A DNA stretch of 45,030 bases from positions 1 through 45,030 of the forward strand of contig JAWBSP010000009.1 in assembly GCA_038842485.1 (NCBI GenBank). Reading direction: 5' to 3'. Every line of letters begins with the position of its first letter. Within the stretch, counting starts at the first letter, position 1. Of this stretch, positions 25,525 through 34,885 are shown piece by piece. Under the pieces are notes generated by a model. That model was not told the DNA's origin and searched no databases. It worked only from the letters and a program-made list of their open reading frames with translations. The DNA is from Candidatus Hadarchaeales archaeon (GTDB lineage Archaea; Hadarchaeota; Hadarchaeia; Hadarchaeales; JAWBSP01). The position numbers and the translations under genes were made by a program.

Positions 25525-26507
25525 AGAAACTTAACCCTAGCCTCCTTACAGATCTCCACCATGTTTCTCAGCTTCTCGAACGCGACCTCCCTGGGCAGGA
25601 ACTCGAGACCGCAGGACGGGTTGAGATAAACCACCTCGGCCTCCAACTTGGGGAGCACCCTCCTCAGCACGTAGAAAATCTCACTTGGTCTCTCCATCCG
25701 CGTGTTCCTGCCATCCACGAGCCCCAGACCCACTGCCTCCTTCCCAAACCCCCTCTCCTGTATGAGGGAGAGGAGCTTTGAACCATAGATGAAATCGAAA
25801 CCCACACCGTCAACTGGAAGATTTTCTAGGAGAGGTAACAAGGTGGAGGCATCTCCGAAATAGGTGTAGAGGTACAGCTTGGACCTATGCTTCTCCGAGC
25901 AAACCTCTTGGATGGCATCTTGAAAAATTTTAGCGTCTTCTGGATGTCTCAGAATGGCTGGCTCGTCTATCTGGATGAAGCACCTTCCCAGTCTTGAGAG
26001 GGCGTGAACCTCCTGCGCCACCACTTCGGTGAACCACCTCACAAAAGTGTGGAAGTCCACGTGAGCCTTGTTAATGGAGTGCCTAGCCAAGGTGTAGGGT
26101 CCTGTTATAACCTGTTTTACCCTCACCGGCGAGAGGCGCTTGGCCAGGAGGTATTCGGCCTTGCTCACCGGCTGGATGATAACGGGCTTCTCCCGCACCA
26201 CCGGCTGTCTGAAGTAGAAGTTGGTGTCGAAGTATCTGAGCAGACCGTCCAGCTCGCATCCCTTCAGCCCCTCCGTGAATCGGGAAATCGGATCCATCCA
26301 CCTCACTTGCCCATCCGTCACCATATCCAGACCCGCCCTAACCTGCTCCTCGATAACTTCCTTGACCACCTCATCCTGAATCCTCTCGAACTCTTCCCTA
26401 GTTATCTCCCCTCTCTCCCACCTCGCATAGGCCTCCCGGTGTTTTTGCGTTCCAGGCGAACTCCCGATTTTTGGATAGCTTCCAGTGTTCGCTGTCAGGA
26501 GTTTCAT
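25521..26507 (-). CDS. MetE N-terminal-type (folate-binding) half of split methionine synthase
   Basis: GSYPKIG, TDGQVRW.D, RYFDTNFYFRQP, TYFG, GLVDGRN, NPSCGL..LP; HxC Zn motif absent. Confidence 0.85.
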   Translation of the reverse strand: MKLLTANTGSYPKIGSSPGTQKHREAYARWERGEITREEFERIQDEVVKEVIEEQVRAGLDMVTDGQVRWMDPISRFTEGLKGCELDGLLRYFDTNFYFRQPVVREKPVIIQPVSKAEYLLAKRLSPVRVKQVITGPYTLARHSINKAHVDFHTFVRWFTEVVAQEVHALSRLGRCFIQIDEPAILRHPEDAKIFQDAIQEVCSEKHRSKLYLYTYFGDASTLLPLLENLPVDGVGFDFIYGSKLLSLIQERGFGKEAVGLGLVDGRNTRMERPSEIFYVLRRVLPKLEAEVVYLNPSCGLEFLPREVAFEKLRNMVEICKEARVKFL

Positions 26508-26532
26508 TAATATGCCTGATTGGTAAAAGAAG

Positions 26533-27465
26533 ATGCCAAAGGTCTCGGCTCCCGGGTCAGTCTTTTTGTTCGGGGAGCACGCTGTGGTCTACGGTTACCC
26601 AGCCGTGGTGGCCTCCATCAATCGGGGAATCACGGTGAGGGCCGAAACGAATCAGAGGAAAGTACTTCAGATAAACTCTGATCTCGGGACTCTCAGGGCG
26701 GATGTCCAACACCTCCCCAAGGGCGGGAGGCTCTCGTACGTGGTGGAGGCTGTCAAACAAGTTTTTGAACATCTGGGCGAAAGGAGGGGGGTGAACCTCG
26801 AGATAACCTCACAGCTACCACCTGCTTCTGGGCTTGGTACTTCCTCGGCTGTGTGTGCGGCCACGGTTGGAGCGGTAGCCGAAGCCATGGAAAAGAGGCT
26901 TACAGAGGAGGAGGTGGTGGAGCTCGCCTTCCGCTCCGAGTTGGCGGTTCAGAAGCTGGCGAGCAGGGCGGGTGTTTCGGCCGCTGTGTTGGGGGGTTTT
27001 CTTTTACTTGAGGGAAAGAAGAGAAGGAGAATGAAAAGTGGGCAGTTACCAGCCGTGGTTGGATGGAGCGGTCTGCCTTCGGCCACCGCTAGGATGGTTC
27101 AGTTGGTGAGAAAGGAGAAAGAGAAACGTCCGCAGCTTTTTGACACGCTCTTCAGATTCATGGGGGAGGTCACAACCCAAGGTGCTAGGTGCCTGGAAAG
27201 GGGGGAGTTGGAGAGGGTGGGCATTTTGATGGACCTAAACCATTCACTCCTGTCGGCCCTTCATATTGTTCCACCGAGGATTGAGAAAATGGTGAGAGTG
27301 GCTCGAGAGGCTGGTGCCCTTGGTGCTAAGATGACGGGTGCCGGTGGCGGGGGTTGTATGTTGGCACTCGTCCGAGAGAGGGAGAGAGTGGTGCGAGCCC
27401 TCCAGAAGACTGGGGCTCAGGCTTTTCCCGTCAGGCTAGGGGGGGAAGGGCTGAGGTTCTCTTGA
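26533..27465 (+). CDS. mvk: Mevalonate kinase
   Basis: SAPG.V.LFGEHAVVYG.PA, LPPASGLGTSSA, GAKMTGAGGGGC; operon with MVA genes. Confidence 0.9.
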   Translation: MPKVSAPGSVFLFGEHAVVYGYPAVVASINRGITVRAETNQRKVLQINSDLGTLRADVQHLPKGGRLSYVVEAVKQVFEHLGERRGVNLEITSQLPPASGLGTSSAVCAATVGAVAEAMEKRLTEEEVVELAFRSELAVQKLASRAGVSAAVLGGFLLLEGKKRRRMKSGQLPAVVGWSGLPSATARMVQLVRKEKEKRPQLFDTLFRFMGEVTTQGARCLERGELERVGILMDLNHSLLSALHIVPPRIEKMVRVAREAGALGAKMTGAGGGGCMLALVRERERVVRALQKTGAQAFPVRLGGEGLRFS

Positions 27466-28694
27466 GGGCCTACCTTAAACTTCTAGAGAGAAAGGGCCTC
27501 CTCATAAAGTATGAGAAACCTGTTTCAACCGCACTTGAGATCGCTTCCATCCTCAGGTCCAACGATGGGAAACCGATTCTCTTCGAGAGGGTGAAGGGTC
27601 ATTCCATGCCAGTGGTGGGTAACCTGTACTCTTCCCCCGAACTCCTCTCCCTAGCCCTCGGAATCCCCAGATCACGGCTACGGGAGCAGCTTCTGAAAGC
27701 CATCTCGCACCCCGTAGAACCCAGGGTCAGGAAAACGAAGGCATATGAAGAGATCAAAGCCGACCTTTTCAAGCTTCCTATTCCGGTTCACCACAAGTTG
27801 GATGCTGGACCATACATAACCTCCGCAGTGGTGGTGGCCTCGCACGAGCATCTAAGAACCAACGCATCCTATCACCGCTGTCTGGTTTTGGACCGGGAGA
27901 GGATTGTTATGAGAATCGCGCCTAGACACCTTAACAGACTGCTCGAGGAGGGGGTCAAGGAGGTTGCCATCTGCATCGGGGTTCCACCCTCCGTTGCCCT
28001 CTCGGCGGCGGTTTCGGTGGAGCTGGGGAAGAGTGAGCTGGCAATCGCGAATGCCCTCAGGAGAACGGATCTGGTGGAACTCGATGGCATGAAGGTCCCA
28101 CCGTCTGAGATCGTGATGCTTGCGGAGTTCATGGGGCAGAGACACGAGGAGGGGCCTTTCCTCGACCTCCTTGGGCTCATGGACAAAGTGAGGCAGGAAA
28201 GGGTGTTCAGGATAAAGAAGATTTTTGTAAAAGAGGATCCCATCTATCAGACCATTCTCCCTGGCGGAAAGGAGCATGCCCTGCTCATGGGGTTCCCGAG
28301 GGAAGCTATAATATACGAGGAGGTCAGAAAGGTGTGCAATTGTTTGGAGGTAAAACTGACCCCTGGAGGGAGGAACTGGCTTCACTGCCTGATTAAAATA
28401 AAGAAGAAATCTCCGGAGGACCCAGGAAACGCGATCCTCACCGCCTTCAGGGTCCACCCGTCCCTGAAACATGTTTGGGTAGTGGATGAGGACATAGACA
28501 TCAACAACCCGGAGGAGGTCGAGTGGGCGATGGCAACGCGCTTCCAGGGAAAAACTGGGATGATAATGAGGGAAGAACTGGGCTCCTCTCTGGATCCCTC
28601 GGCGGAGGACAGACTGACCACCAAGGTGGGTTTCGATTTAACCATTCCGGCTGGTAAGAAAGTCGAGAGCTTCCTCAGACCACCCCTCACCTGA
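27462..28694 (+). CDS. UbiD-family decarboxylase (probable anhydromevalonate phosphate decarboxylase)
   Basis: DAGPYITS, NASYHR, EGPF.D, EHALLMG.PRE, VVDEDID, VEWAMATRFQ, GSSLDPS; TTG start overlapping mvk stop. Confidence 0.88.
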   Translation: MRAYLKLLERKGLLIKYEKPVSTALEIASILRSNDGKPILFERVKGHSMPVVGNLYSSPELLSLALGIPRSRLREQLLKAISHPVEPRVRKTKAYEEIKADLFKLPIPVHHKLDAGPYITSAVVVASHEHLRTNASYHRCLVLDRERIVMRIAPRHLNRLLEEGVKEVAICIGVPPSVALSAAVSVELGKSELAIANALRRTDLVELDGMKVPPSEIVMLAEFMGQRHEEGPFLDLLGLMDKVRQERVFRIKKIFVKEDPIYQTILPGGKEHALLMGFPREAIIYEEVRKVCNCLEVKLTPGGRNWLHCLIKIKKKSPEDPGNAILTAFRVHPSLKHVWVVDEDIDINNPEEVEWAMATRFQGKTGMIMREELGSSLDPSAEDRLTTKVGFDLTIPAGKKVESFLRPPLT

Positions 28695-29830
28695 TGGGCC
28701 TCTACCTCACCAAGGAGCAGGAGCGTATCCTTGACGGGGAAAAAGGGGAGGGTTTGGCAAAGTGCTACCGCTTGCTCGTCAGACTCGGTGACGCCTTCGG
28801 GGCAAAAAGGCTCATACCAGTAAAGTCGGTTCATCTCTCTGGCATCTCGTACAAGTCCATCGGGAATCCCGGTCTCGAATTTCTAGAAGATCTTTCCAGA
28901 GAGGTGAGATTTAGGGTGGAGACCACGACCAACCCATGCGGTATGGATCTAAGAAAATGGAGGGAAGTTGGGATAAAGAGGGAATTTGCCTCCAACCAAC
29001 TCAGAATTCTGAGAGCCCTCAGGCGGATGGGGGCACGCATGACCCTCTCCTGCACTCCCTACTACCTGCACCAACCCTCTCCGGGCGAACACCTCGCTTG
29101 GGCGGAATCCTCGGCCGTCTGCTATGCTAACTCGGTGCTGGGGGCGAGAACGAACAGGGAGGGGGCACCGTCCGCCTTGGCGTCCGCCGTGACGGGCGTG
29201 ACCCCAGAATTCGGCCTTCACCTGCCCGAGAACAGACTTCCGCAGAAAGTGATTGAGGTGGAGGCGGAAATGAAATCGATTTCCGATTACGGTGCCCTAG
29301 GTTACCTCGCGGGTGAAATGCTCGGGGAAGAAATTCCGTACTTTAAGGGACTCAAGGCCGGCTTGGACGAACTGAAGGCGCTGGGATCGGCGTTGGCTTC
29401 CTCAGGTGCGGTATCCATGTTTCACGTGGAGGGCCTAACGCCTGAAAGCAGACGGTGTAAGGTTCAAGGTCTGGAGAAAATCCAGATTGATGGACGCGAG
29501 CTGGGGAAGGTTTACGAGAAACTCGGCGGAGGGGAAGAGCCAGAGGCTGTCTTCCTTGGGTGTCCGCACTTTTCCACGAGAGAGCTCCAGACAGTTTCCG
29601 GCCGGCTGGAAAAAGTCAGGCTTGAGACCTTCATCTGTGTGGCGAGGGGGCTTCCTTCCCGCGAGCTTTTGCGCAAGGTGGAGCGAAAGGGTGTGAAAGT
29701 TCTGCACGACACCTGTCTGGTGGTCTCCCCCCTGGCCGAGGAGTACAGGTGCCTTGCCGTTGACTCGGCCAAGGCCGCAAGTTACCTGAGGGGGAGGGCG
29801 GTTCTGAGAAGAAGGGAGGAAATTTTATGA
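28694..29830 (+). CDS. Aconitase X large subunit (probable phosphomevalonate dehydratase L)
   Basis: SGISYK.IG, TTTNP, CTPY, AWAESSA, NSVLGARTNREG, GCPH, DTC.VVSP. Confidence 0.9.
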   Translation: MGLYLTKEQERILDGEKGEGLAKCYRLLVRLGDAFGAKRLIPVKSVHLSGISYKSIGNPGLEFLEDLSREVRFRVETTTNPCGMDLRKWREVGIKREFASNQLRILRALRRMGARMTLSCTPYYLHQPSPGEHLAWAESSAVCYANSVLGARTNREGAPSALASAVTGVTPEFGLHLPENRLPQKVIEVEAEMKSISDYGALGYLAGEMLGEEIPYFKGLKAGLDELKALGSALASSGAVSMFHVEGLTPESRRCKVQGLEKIQIDGRELGKVYEKLGGGEEPEAVFLGCPHFSTRELQTVSGRLEKVRLETFICVARGLPSRELLRKVERKGVKVLHDTCLVVSPLAEEYRCLAVDSAKAASYLRGRAVLRRREEIL

Positions 29831-30216
29831 GAGTAAGAATCATCAATCCAGGAAAGGTGGAGGGGGAGGCACTTGTGTCGAGGCAACCCATAAACTTCTA
29901 CTTGGGCGTGGACATCACAAGAGGTGTGGTGGTGGAGAAGGGGCACGAACTTGAGGGAAAGTGTATAAAGGATAAAATTCTGCTCTTCCCGCACGGGAAG
30001 GGCTCAACGGTGGGGGCCTATTCCCTATACGCTCTCAAGAAGAGAGGGGTTGCCCCCCTCGCCATTATAAACGAGAAGACGGATCTGGTTGTGGCAAGCG
30101 GGTGCATCCTTGCCTCCATTCCCTGTGCTGATGGGGTGAGGGTGACAAGCTTCAGGAGTGGCGAGAGATTGAGGCTGGATGCGGAGAAGGGGGAACTCAT
30201 CAGGAGGAGAGGCTAG
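29827..30216 (+). CDS. Aconitase X small (swiveling) subunit (probable phosphomevalonate dehydratase S)
   Basis: GKVEGEALVS, GVD, FPHGKGSTVG, APLAII. Confidence 0.9.
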   Translation: MRVRIINPGKVEGEALVSRQPINFYLGVDITRGVVVEKGHELEGKCIKDKILLFPHGKGSTVGAYSLYALKKRGVAPLAIINEKTDLVVASGCILASIPCADGVRVTSFRSGERLRLDAEKGELIRRRG

Positions 30217-31385
30217 GCTGCCCTTCCCTTTGCGGCCACAATCCTGATGATATCCCCGTCCCGCAGCTGATAATCGTCCGCTAGGCGCATCTTGGTTCTG
30301 GCATTGATGGCGTAGAGGAAGGTCTCGCCCAATTCGGTGTGGATTTTGTACGCAAATTCCCTCGCCGTGATTCCCCGAGGAACCAGAAAGGCGTCAGGCA
30401 GAACATTCCCCTTTTTGTCCGTTAGCTTGGTCTCATCGTCCACTGGGTAGACCACTATCATACCTAGAACCTCCTTGATGGCCTTGTCCACCAGTTCCTG
30501 AACTCCCGTGGAACCCCACTTCTTAAGCAGCTCCCTCACCTTTTCAAGCGCAGAGAGCTGCTGGGGGCTCAGCGATTTGGAGGTTATCTGAAAATCGCTC
30601 GCACCGGGGACGTAGGAAATCATCCCCCTCTCCTCCGCCCTACGGAGGATGAGCTCGGCCTCTGCGCTCACGGGAACCACCACTCTGCCCGTTGCCTTGA
30701 GTCTCTCGATGTTTTTCTCGGCTCCTTGAACATCCATCTTGTTGGCAGCAATCAGCATGGGTTTGGATATCCTCCTGAGCTCGCTGCAGAACTTTTCCAA
30801 ATCGAAACCGGCCTCCTTGAGAGCAGTCGCAATTTGGGTTTTTGTGATGCCCAAGCCGGAGAGGCGCGAGGCGAGTCCCTCCACGAAATCCACTCTCTCT
30901 GTTTTCGCCCTCCGCTCGAGCCTTTCCCACTCAGCACTCAGGATTCCCTTCAGCCACAGGTCAATCTCCCTTTCGAGAAATTCGAGATCTTGGAGGGGGT
31001 CATGGCTTCCAGGCTCGCAGGGTCTGCCTTCGGAATCCGTTGAACCAGAAGCATCAACCACATGTATCAATACGGCCGCCATCCTGAGGCTGTCAAGAAA
31101 GCGATTGCCCAGTCCCCTGCCTCGGTGGGCCCCCTCAATTAAACCCGCAACATCAATTACCCTAGTCGGTACAAATCTCGTCCCCTCCACGCAGCGGGAA
31201 TTCTGCGGGTTACACTTCACCCCCAGCTCCGAGCACGGGCATCTGGAGCGAATGTACGTTATGCCCACGTTGGGTTCTATGGTAGTGAAGGGATAGGGGG
31301 CAACTGGTGCGTTGCAGGCCGTCAGTGCGTTGAAGAGAGTGGTTTTACCCGTGTTGGGCTTCCCAACTATGCCCAGCTCAAGCAT
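30213..31385 (-). CDS. ychF: YchF/Obg-like ATPase (archaeal)
   Basis: GKPNTGKTT, YPFTTIEPN, DVAGL, GLGNRFL, ANKMD, C-terminal TGS domain. Confidence 0.95.
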   Translation of the reverse strand: MLELGIVGKPNTGKTTLFNALTACNAPVAPYPFTTIEPNVGITYIRSRCPCSELGVKCNPQNSRCVEGTRFVPTRVIDVAGLIEGAHRGRGLGNRFLDSLRMAAVLIHVVDASGSTDSEGRPCEPGSHDPLQDLEFLEREIDLWLKGILSAEWERLERRAKTERVDFVEGLASRLSGLGITKTQIATALKEAGFDLEKFCSELRRISKPMLIAANKMDVQGAEKNIERLKATGRVVVPVSAEAELILRRAEERGMISYVPGASDFQITSKSLSPQQLSALEKVRELLKKWGSTGVQELVDKAIKEVLGMIVVYPVDDETKLTDKKGNVLPDAFLVPRGITAREFAYKIHTELGETFLYAINARTKMRLADDYQLRDGDIIRIVAAKGRAA

Positions 31386-31699
31386 CAGAAACCGTGCCTG
31401 AAGTAATATCCTGGCTCCTTCTTGGGGCCGAAGCTTCTGAGCCCTTTCTCCTTAAGTTGTTTTCTGAGTGCCTCGGCGTACTCGTGGTCGATTTCCTTCC
31501 TAGCTTCTAAGAAATCGATTATTTCTAGAGCCTCCTCTTCCGTGTCGCACCTCCTGATGAAATCCACCGCACCCGGCTCAAAGGAAGCCTTCTCAGCCTC
31601 GCGGAGGGTGGATCTCTGGGAAGAAATGCTGATGGATGGTTCACCCTCGAGCTCAGCCGCGAGATGCGGAAACAGCTTCTTCACTTGCTCATAGTTCAT
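31385..31699 (-). CDS. DUF2095 family protein
   Basis: FPHLA.EL, DFIRRCDTEEEALEII, GLRSFG.KK.PGYY. Confidence 0.85.
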   Translation of the reverse strand: MNYEQVKKLFPHLAAELEGEPSISISSQRSTLREAEKASFEPGAVDFIRRCDTEEEALEIIDFLEARKEIDHEYAEALRKQLKEKGLRSFGPKKEPGYYFRHGF

Positions 31700-32993
31700 G
31701 TTTCTCGCCCTTGGGTGGCGTCCATTTTTTCACTTCCAGTATGGTTTTTACCAGAATCATGGTTTCAGCTGGAACATCCTCGTAGACCACTGCTCCGGGT
31801 CCCACCGCCGAATAAGGTCCTATCTTCACTCCAGGGTTTATCATACAGTTCACACCAGTTTTCACATGGTCTGCGATGATGGTGCCCATTTTCCTCCTTC
31901 CCGTGCTGACAATTTCTCCCCCCACCTCCATTTTAACTTCCTCCTCGTCCAGCCTGAGGTTGGCGATGGTCGTGCCAGCCCCTAGATTGCAGTAGCTCCC
32001 AATCACGCTGTCACCCACATATGAGAGATGAGCCACATTGGTGTGGTCCATGAGTATGCTGTTTTTGATCTCCACCCCGTTCCCCACCCTCACATAATCA
32101 CAAATGGTGGTGTAGGGGCGGATGAAGCAGTTCGGTCCAATATCACAGTTTCTTCCGATGTAGGTGGGGCCCTCGATGTATGAGCCTGATCTTATCCTCG
32201 TTCCCTCCCCGACGTATACGTTCTCGCCGATGAAGGCTCCTACCTCCACCCTCCCGTGGATTTCCCCCTTCAGCTTTTTAAGGAAATACTCGTTAGCTAC
32301 CAGGAGATCCCAAGGTCTCCCTAAATCACCCCAAAGCTTTATCTTGAAGGCGGTAATTTTTCTTCCCCAGTCCACGAGGTTCTGGATGGAGGAGGTGAGT
32401 TCGTATTCTCCCCTTTCGGATTTGGGAGTTTTTCTTATGGCCTCGAAGATTTCCTTCGTGAAGATGTAGATGCCGGCGTTGGTGTATTTCAGTTTGGTCT
32501 CCGTCGGCTTCTCAATGATTTTTACCACGTTACCGTCCTCCAGCTGAACCACACCGAACTGTTCAGGGTGTTCGGTTTCCGCGATGGCCAGACACCCCGC
32601 AAAGCTGGGCTTCTCTCTTGCTTCCTTGTAGTACTCCAAGAAGGAGTTGAGGGATTCCTGATCCAGAAAAACATCTCCATTCATCACCAGAAAGTCCTCC
32701 TCCCCCACGAAGCGCTCGGCCTTGGCAACGGCATCGGCCGTGCCTAGGAGTTCTTCTTGGATCAGGTACTCTATGCTCACTCCCCAGTTTTTTCCATTCT
32801 GGTACCTCTCCTGGATCATCTCCCTCCCGTATCCCACCACCATCCCGATTTCCTTCAGACCAGCCTCTCTCAGCAGCTCTATCACCCGGTCTAGAGCCGG
32901 TTTCCCACCCACCGGGAGGAGGAACTTGGGTCTAGTGAAGGTCAGAGGACGCATCCGCGTTCCGAGTCCAGCAGCCAGAACCACTGCCTTCAT
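31689..32993 (-). CDS. glmU: Bifunctional sugar-1-phosphate nucleotidylyltransferase/acetyltransferase
   Basis: LAAGLGTRMRPLT, EKP, GEYELT, hexapeptide repeats, HLSYVGDS; next to glmM. Confidence 0.88.
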   Translation of the reverse strand: MKAVVLAAGLGTRMRPLTFTRPKFLLPVGGKPALDRVIELLREAGLKEIGMVVGYGREMIQERYQNGKNWGVSIEYLIQEELLGTADAVAKAERFVGEEDFLVMNGDVFLDQESLNSFLEYYKEAREKPSFAGCLAIAETEHPEQFGVVQLEDGNVVKIIEKPTETKLKYTNAGIYIFTKEIFEAIRKTPKSERGEYELTSSIQNLVDWGRKITAFKIKLWGDLGRPWDLLVANEYFLKKLKGEIHGRVEVGAFIGENVYVGEGTRIRSGSYIEGPTYIGRNCDIGPNCFIRPYTTICDYVRVGNGVEIKNSILMDHTNVAHLSYVGDSVIGSYCNLGAGTTIANLRLDEEEVKMEVGGEIVSTGRRKMGTIIADHVKTGVNCMINPGVKIGPYSAVGPGAVVYEDVPAETMILVKTILEVKKWTPPKGEKHEL

Positions 32994-33002
32994 TCCTTTA
33001 CC

Positions 33003-34328
33003 CTACTTTGTAGCTAATATGCGAACGATTTTCTCCATCGTTTCCCTGATCCATTTTTCCTCCTTTCCTTCCACGGTTATCCGGATGAGGGGTTCAGTCC
33101 CAGAGGGTCTCACCAGAATCCATCCCTCAGGCATGGAAACCCTCACACCATCAACGGTGCTCACCTCTCCGCCCATCTTCTCAGCTGTTTGCAAAATCCT
33201 CTCCATCCTTTCCGCCTTCTCGTTCTCGGGACAATATACTTTCTCCCTGCGTATCGCGTAGTTTGGCAGCTCCTCCCAAAGTTGAGAAAGGGATTTTCCG
33301 GACTCCAAAATCTTTAAGAGAACCACACTCCCCAAAATTCCATCCGGAGCAAGGTGAATTTTAGGAAAGATCCAAGCACCGCACTCCTCCCCACCAAAGG
33401 AGGCACAATGCTCTCTGCATGCCAAGGCCACGCTGACATCCCCCACCTTCGTCCTCACCACCCTACCTCCCCTGCTCTCCACCACGTCCTCAATCACCCT
33501 CGAGGCATCGACGGTGGTCACCACGGTGTCTCCCTTCTTAGTTTCCTGTCCAGCCACTAGGGCAAGCAGCTTGTCGCCCTCCACCGTCCTCCCCTTCTCG
33601 TCAACGGCAACCACCCTGTCGGCATCACCATCATACGCAATCCCTAGGTCAGCCCCCCACTGCTTGACCCCTTCTTCTAGGTGCTGTAGGTTTGATGGAA
33701 GGGGCTCGAGCTCTCTCCCCGGAAAGCCACTTGGGTGGGAATGGAGGCTGATCACCTCGCATCCCAGTTCTCGCAGCAGATGTGGGGCAATCAGACTGGC
33801 CGCTCCGTTTCCACAATCAACCACCACCTTGAAGCTTCTCCCTAGCGAAAACCGGCTGAGAATTTCTCCGGAGTAAACTGGCAGGATGTTGGCCTCTCCC
33901 GTTTCCCCCACCTTAGACCACTCCACTCCCTTTGGATTTTTCTCCACGAGGTCTTCGATCCTTCTCTCCTCCTCGGGGGTGAAGGCCATCCCATCTGCAG
34001 ACCAGAACTTCACACCATTGTACTGGGGCGGATTGTGAGAGGCTGTTACAATGGCTCCAGCATCCGCCCCAAGGAGTTTGGTGCAGAAGGCCAGCACGGG
34101 TGTGGGCACCACCCCCACTTGGATAACTTTGCAGCCCCCCGCTAGAAGGCCAGAAACCAAGGCAGCCTGCAGAGCCTCTCCCGTGGTTCTCGTGTCCCTT
34201 CCAACCAGAACTCTTCCGGAATTCCCCAGGTGGACGGCCAGGGCCTTTCCCAGCTCGAGGAAAAGGCTTGGCGATGCCCTCTCTCCCCAAAGCCCCCTCA
34301 CACCCGAGGTTCCGAAGAGCCTGCTCAC
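33003..34328 (-). CDS. glmM: Phosphoglucosamine mutase / phosphohexomutase
   Basis: LFGTSGVRG, TASHNP, DGDADR, GGEE.G, RPSGTEP. Confidence 0.88.
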   Translation of the reverse strand: MSRLFGTSGVRGLWGERASPSLFLELGKALAVHLGNSGRVLVGRDTRTTGEALQAALVSGLLAGGCKVIQVGVVPTPVLAFCTKLLGADAGAIVTASHNPPQYNGVKFWSADGMAFTPEEERRIEDLVEKNPKGVEWSKVGETGEANILPVYSGEILSRFSLGRSFKVVVDCGNGAASLIAPHLLRELGCEVISLHSHPSGFPGRELEPLPSNLQHLEEGVKQWGADLGIAYDGDADRVVAVDEKGRTVEGDKLLALVAGQETKKGDTVVTTVDASRVIEDVVESRGGRVVRTKVGDVSVALACREHCASFGGEECGAWIFPKIHLAPDGILGSVVLLKILESGKSLSQLWEELPNYAIRREKVYCPENEKAERMERILQTAEKMGGEVSTVDGVRVSMPEGWILVRPSGTEPLIRITVEGKEEKWIRETMEKIVRILATK

Positions 34329-34885
34329 TGGGGAACTCCTAAAAGCTTGGACTTCTGAATCTCCACCCGCCGGATGGGGCAGTATTTTTTTACCTCCTTG
34401 TAGATGTCCATCGCCAGCTTGCCCAGAACCATCTCCTGAGCGAATTGGTCGAGGGTTCTTTCGCTTGCCCTAGCCGTGATGAACCGGCCCATTTCCATCC
34501 TAATGAGTCTCTCCTTGGAGCTTTGGATTTTATGTCTGGTCAGTACCACCGAGGTTATCCTCAGGGAGTACCCATCCTTGGTTTTGACGTCACAAATGTT
34601 CTGGATCTTGGAGAGCCTCCTCCTTACAAAGCTCCGGAAGTAGTCATACATCGCCTCGTGACCAACAAAAATGGTAGAGGCCTTCCCCTCCGAAACTCCC
34701 GTGATTTTGAACTTGAGGCTGATGTATCCTTTGGAAATCTCTTGGGTGAGGTCGGCCAGCGATGTACTCACCGTCCTCCCCACCACACTCTTCTCCTCCG
34801 AGGCCAGAATTTCCCCAATCTTCTGCCCTCCAAAGTAGGGTGGGGCAAAGACCTCGATCCACTTCTTCGCCTTCCACTCCTTCAC
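34325..34885 (-). CDS. rps3ae: 30S ribosomal protein eS1 (S3Ae)
   Basis: WKAKKW..V.AP..F, GRTV...L.DLT, VRRR.SKI, TKDGY, PIRRVEI.KS. Confidence 0.95.
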   Translation of the reverse strand: MKEWKAKKWIEVFAPPYFGGQKIGEILASEEKSVVGRTVSTSLADLTQEISKGYISLKFKITGVSEGKASTIFVGHEAMYDYFRSFVRRRLSKIQNICDVKTKDGYSLRITSVVLTRHKIQSSKERLIRMEMGRFITARASERTLDQFAQEMVLGKLAMDIYKEVKKYCPIRRVEIQKSKLLGVPQ

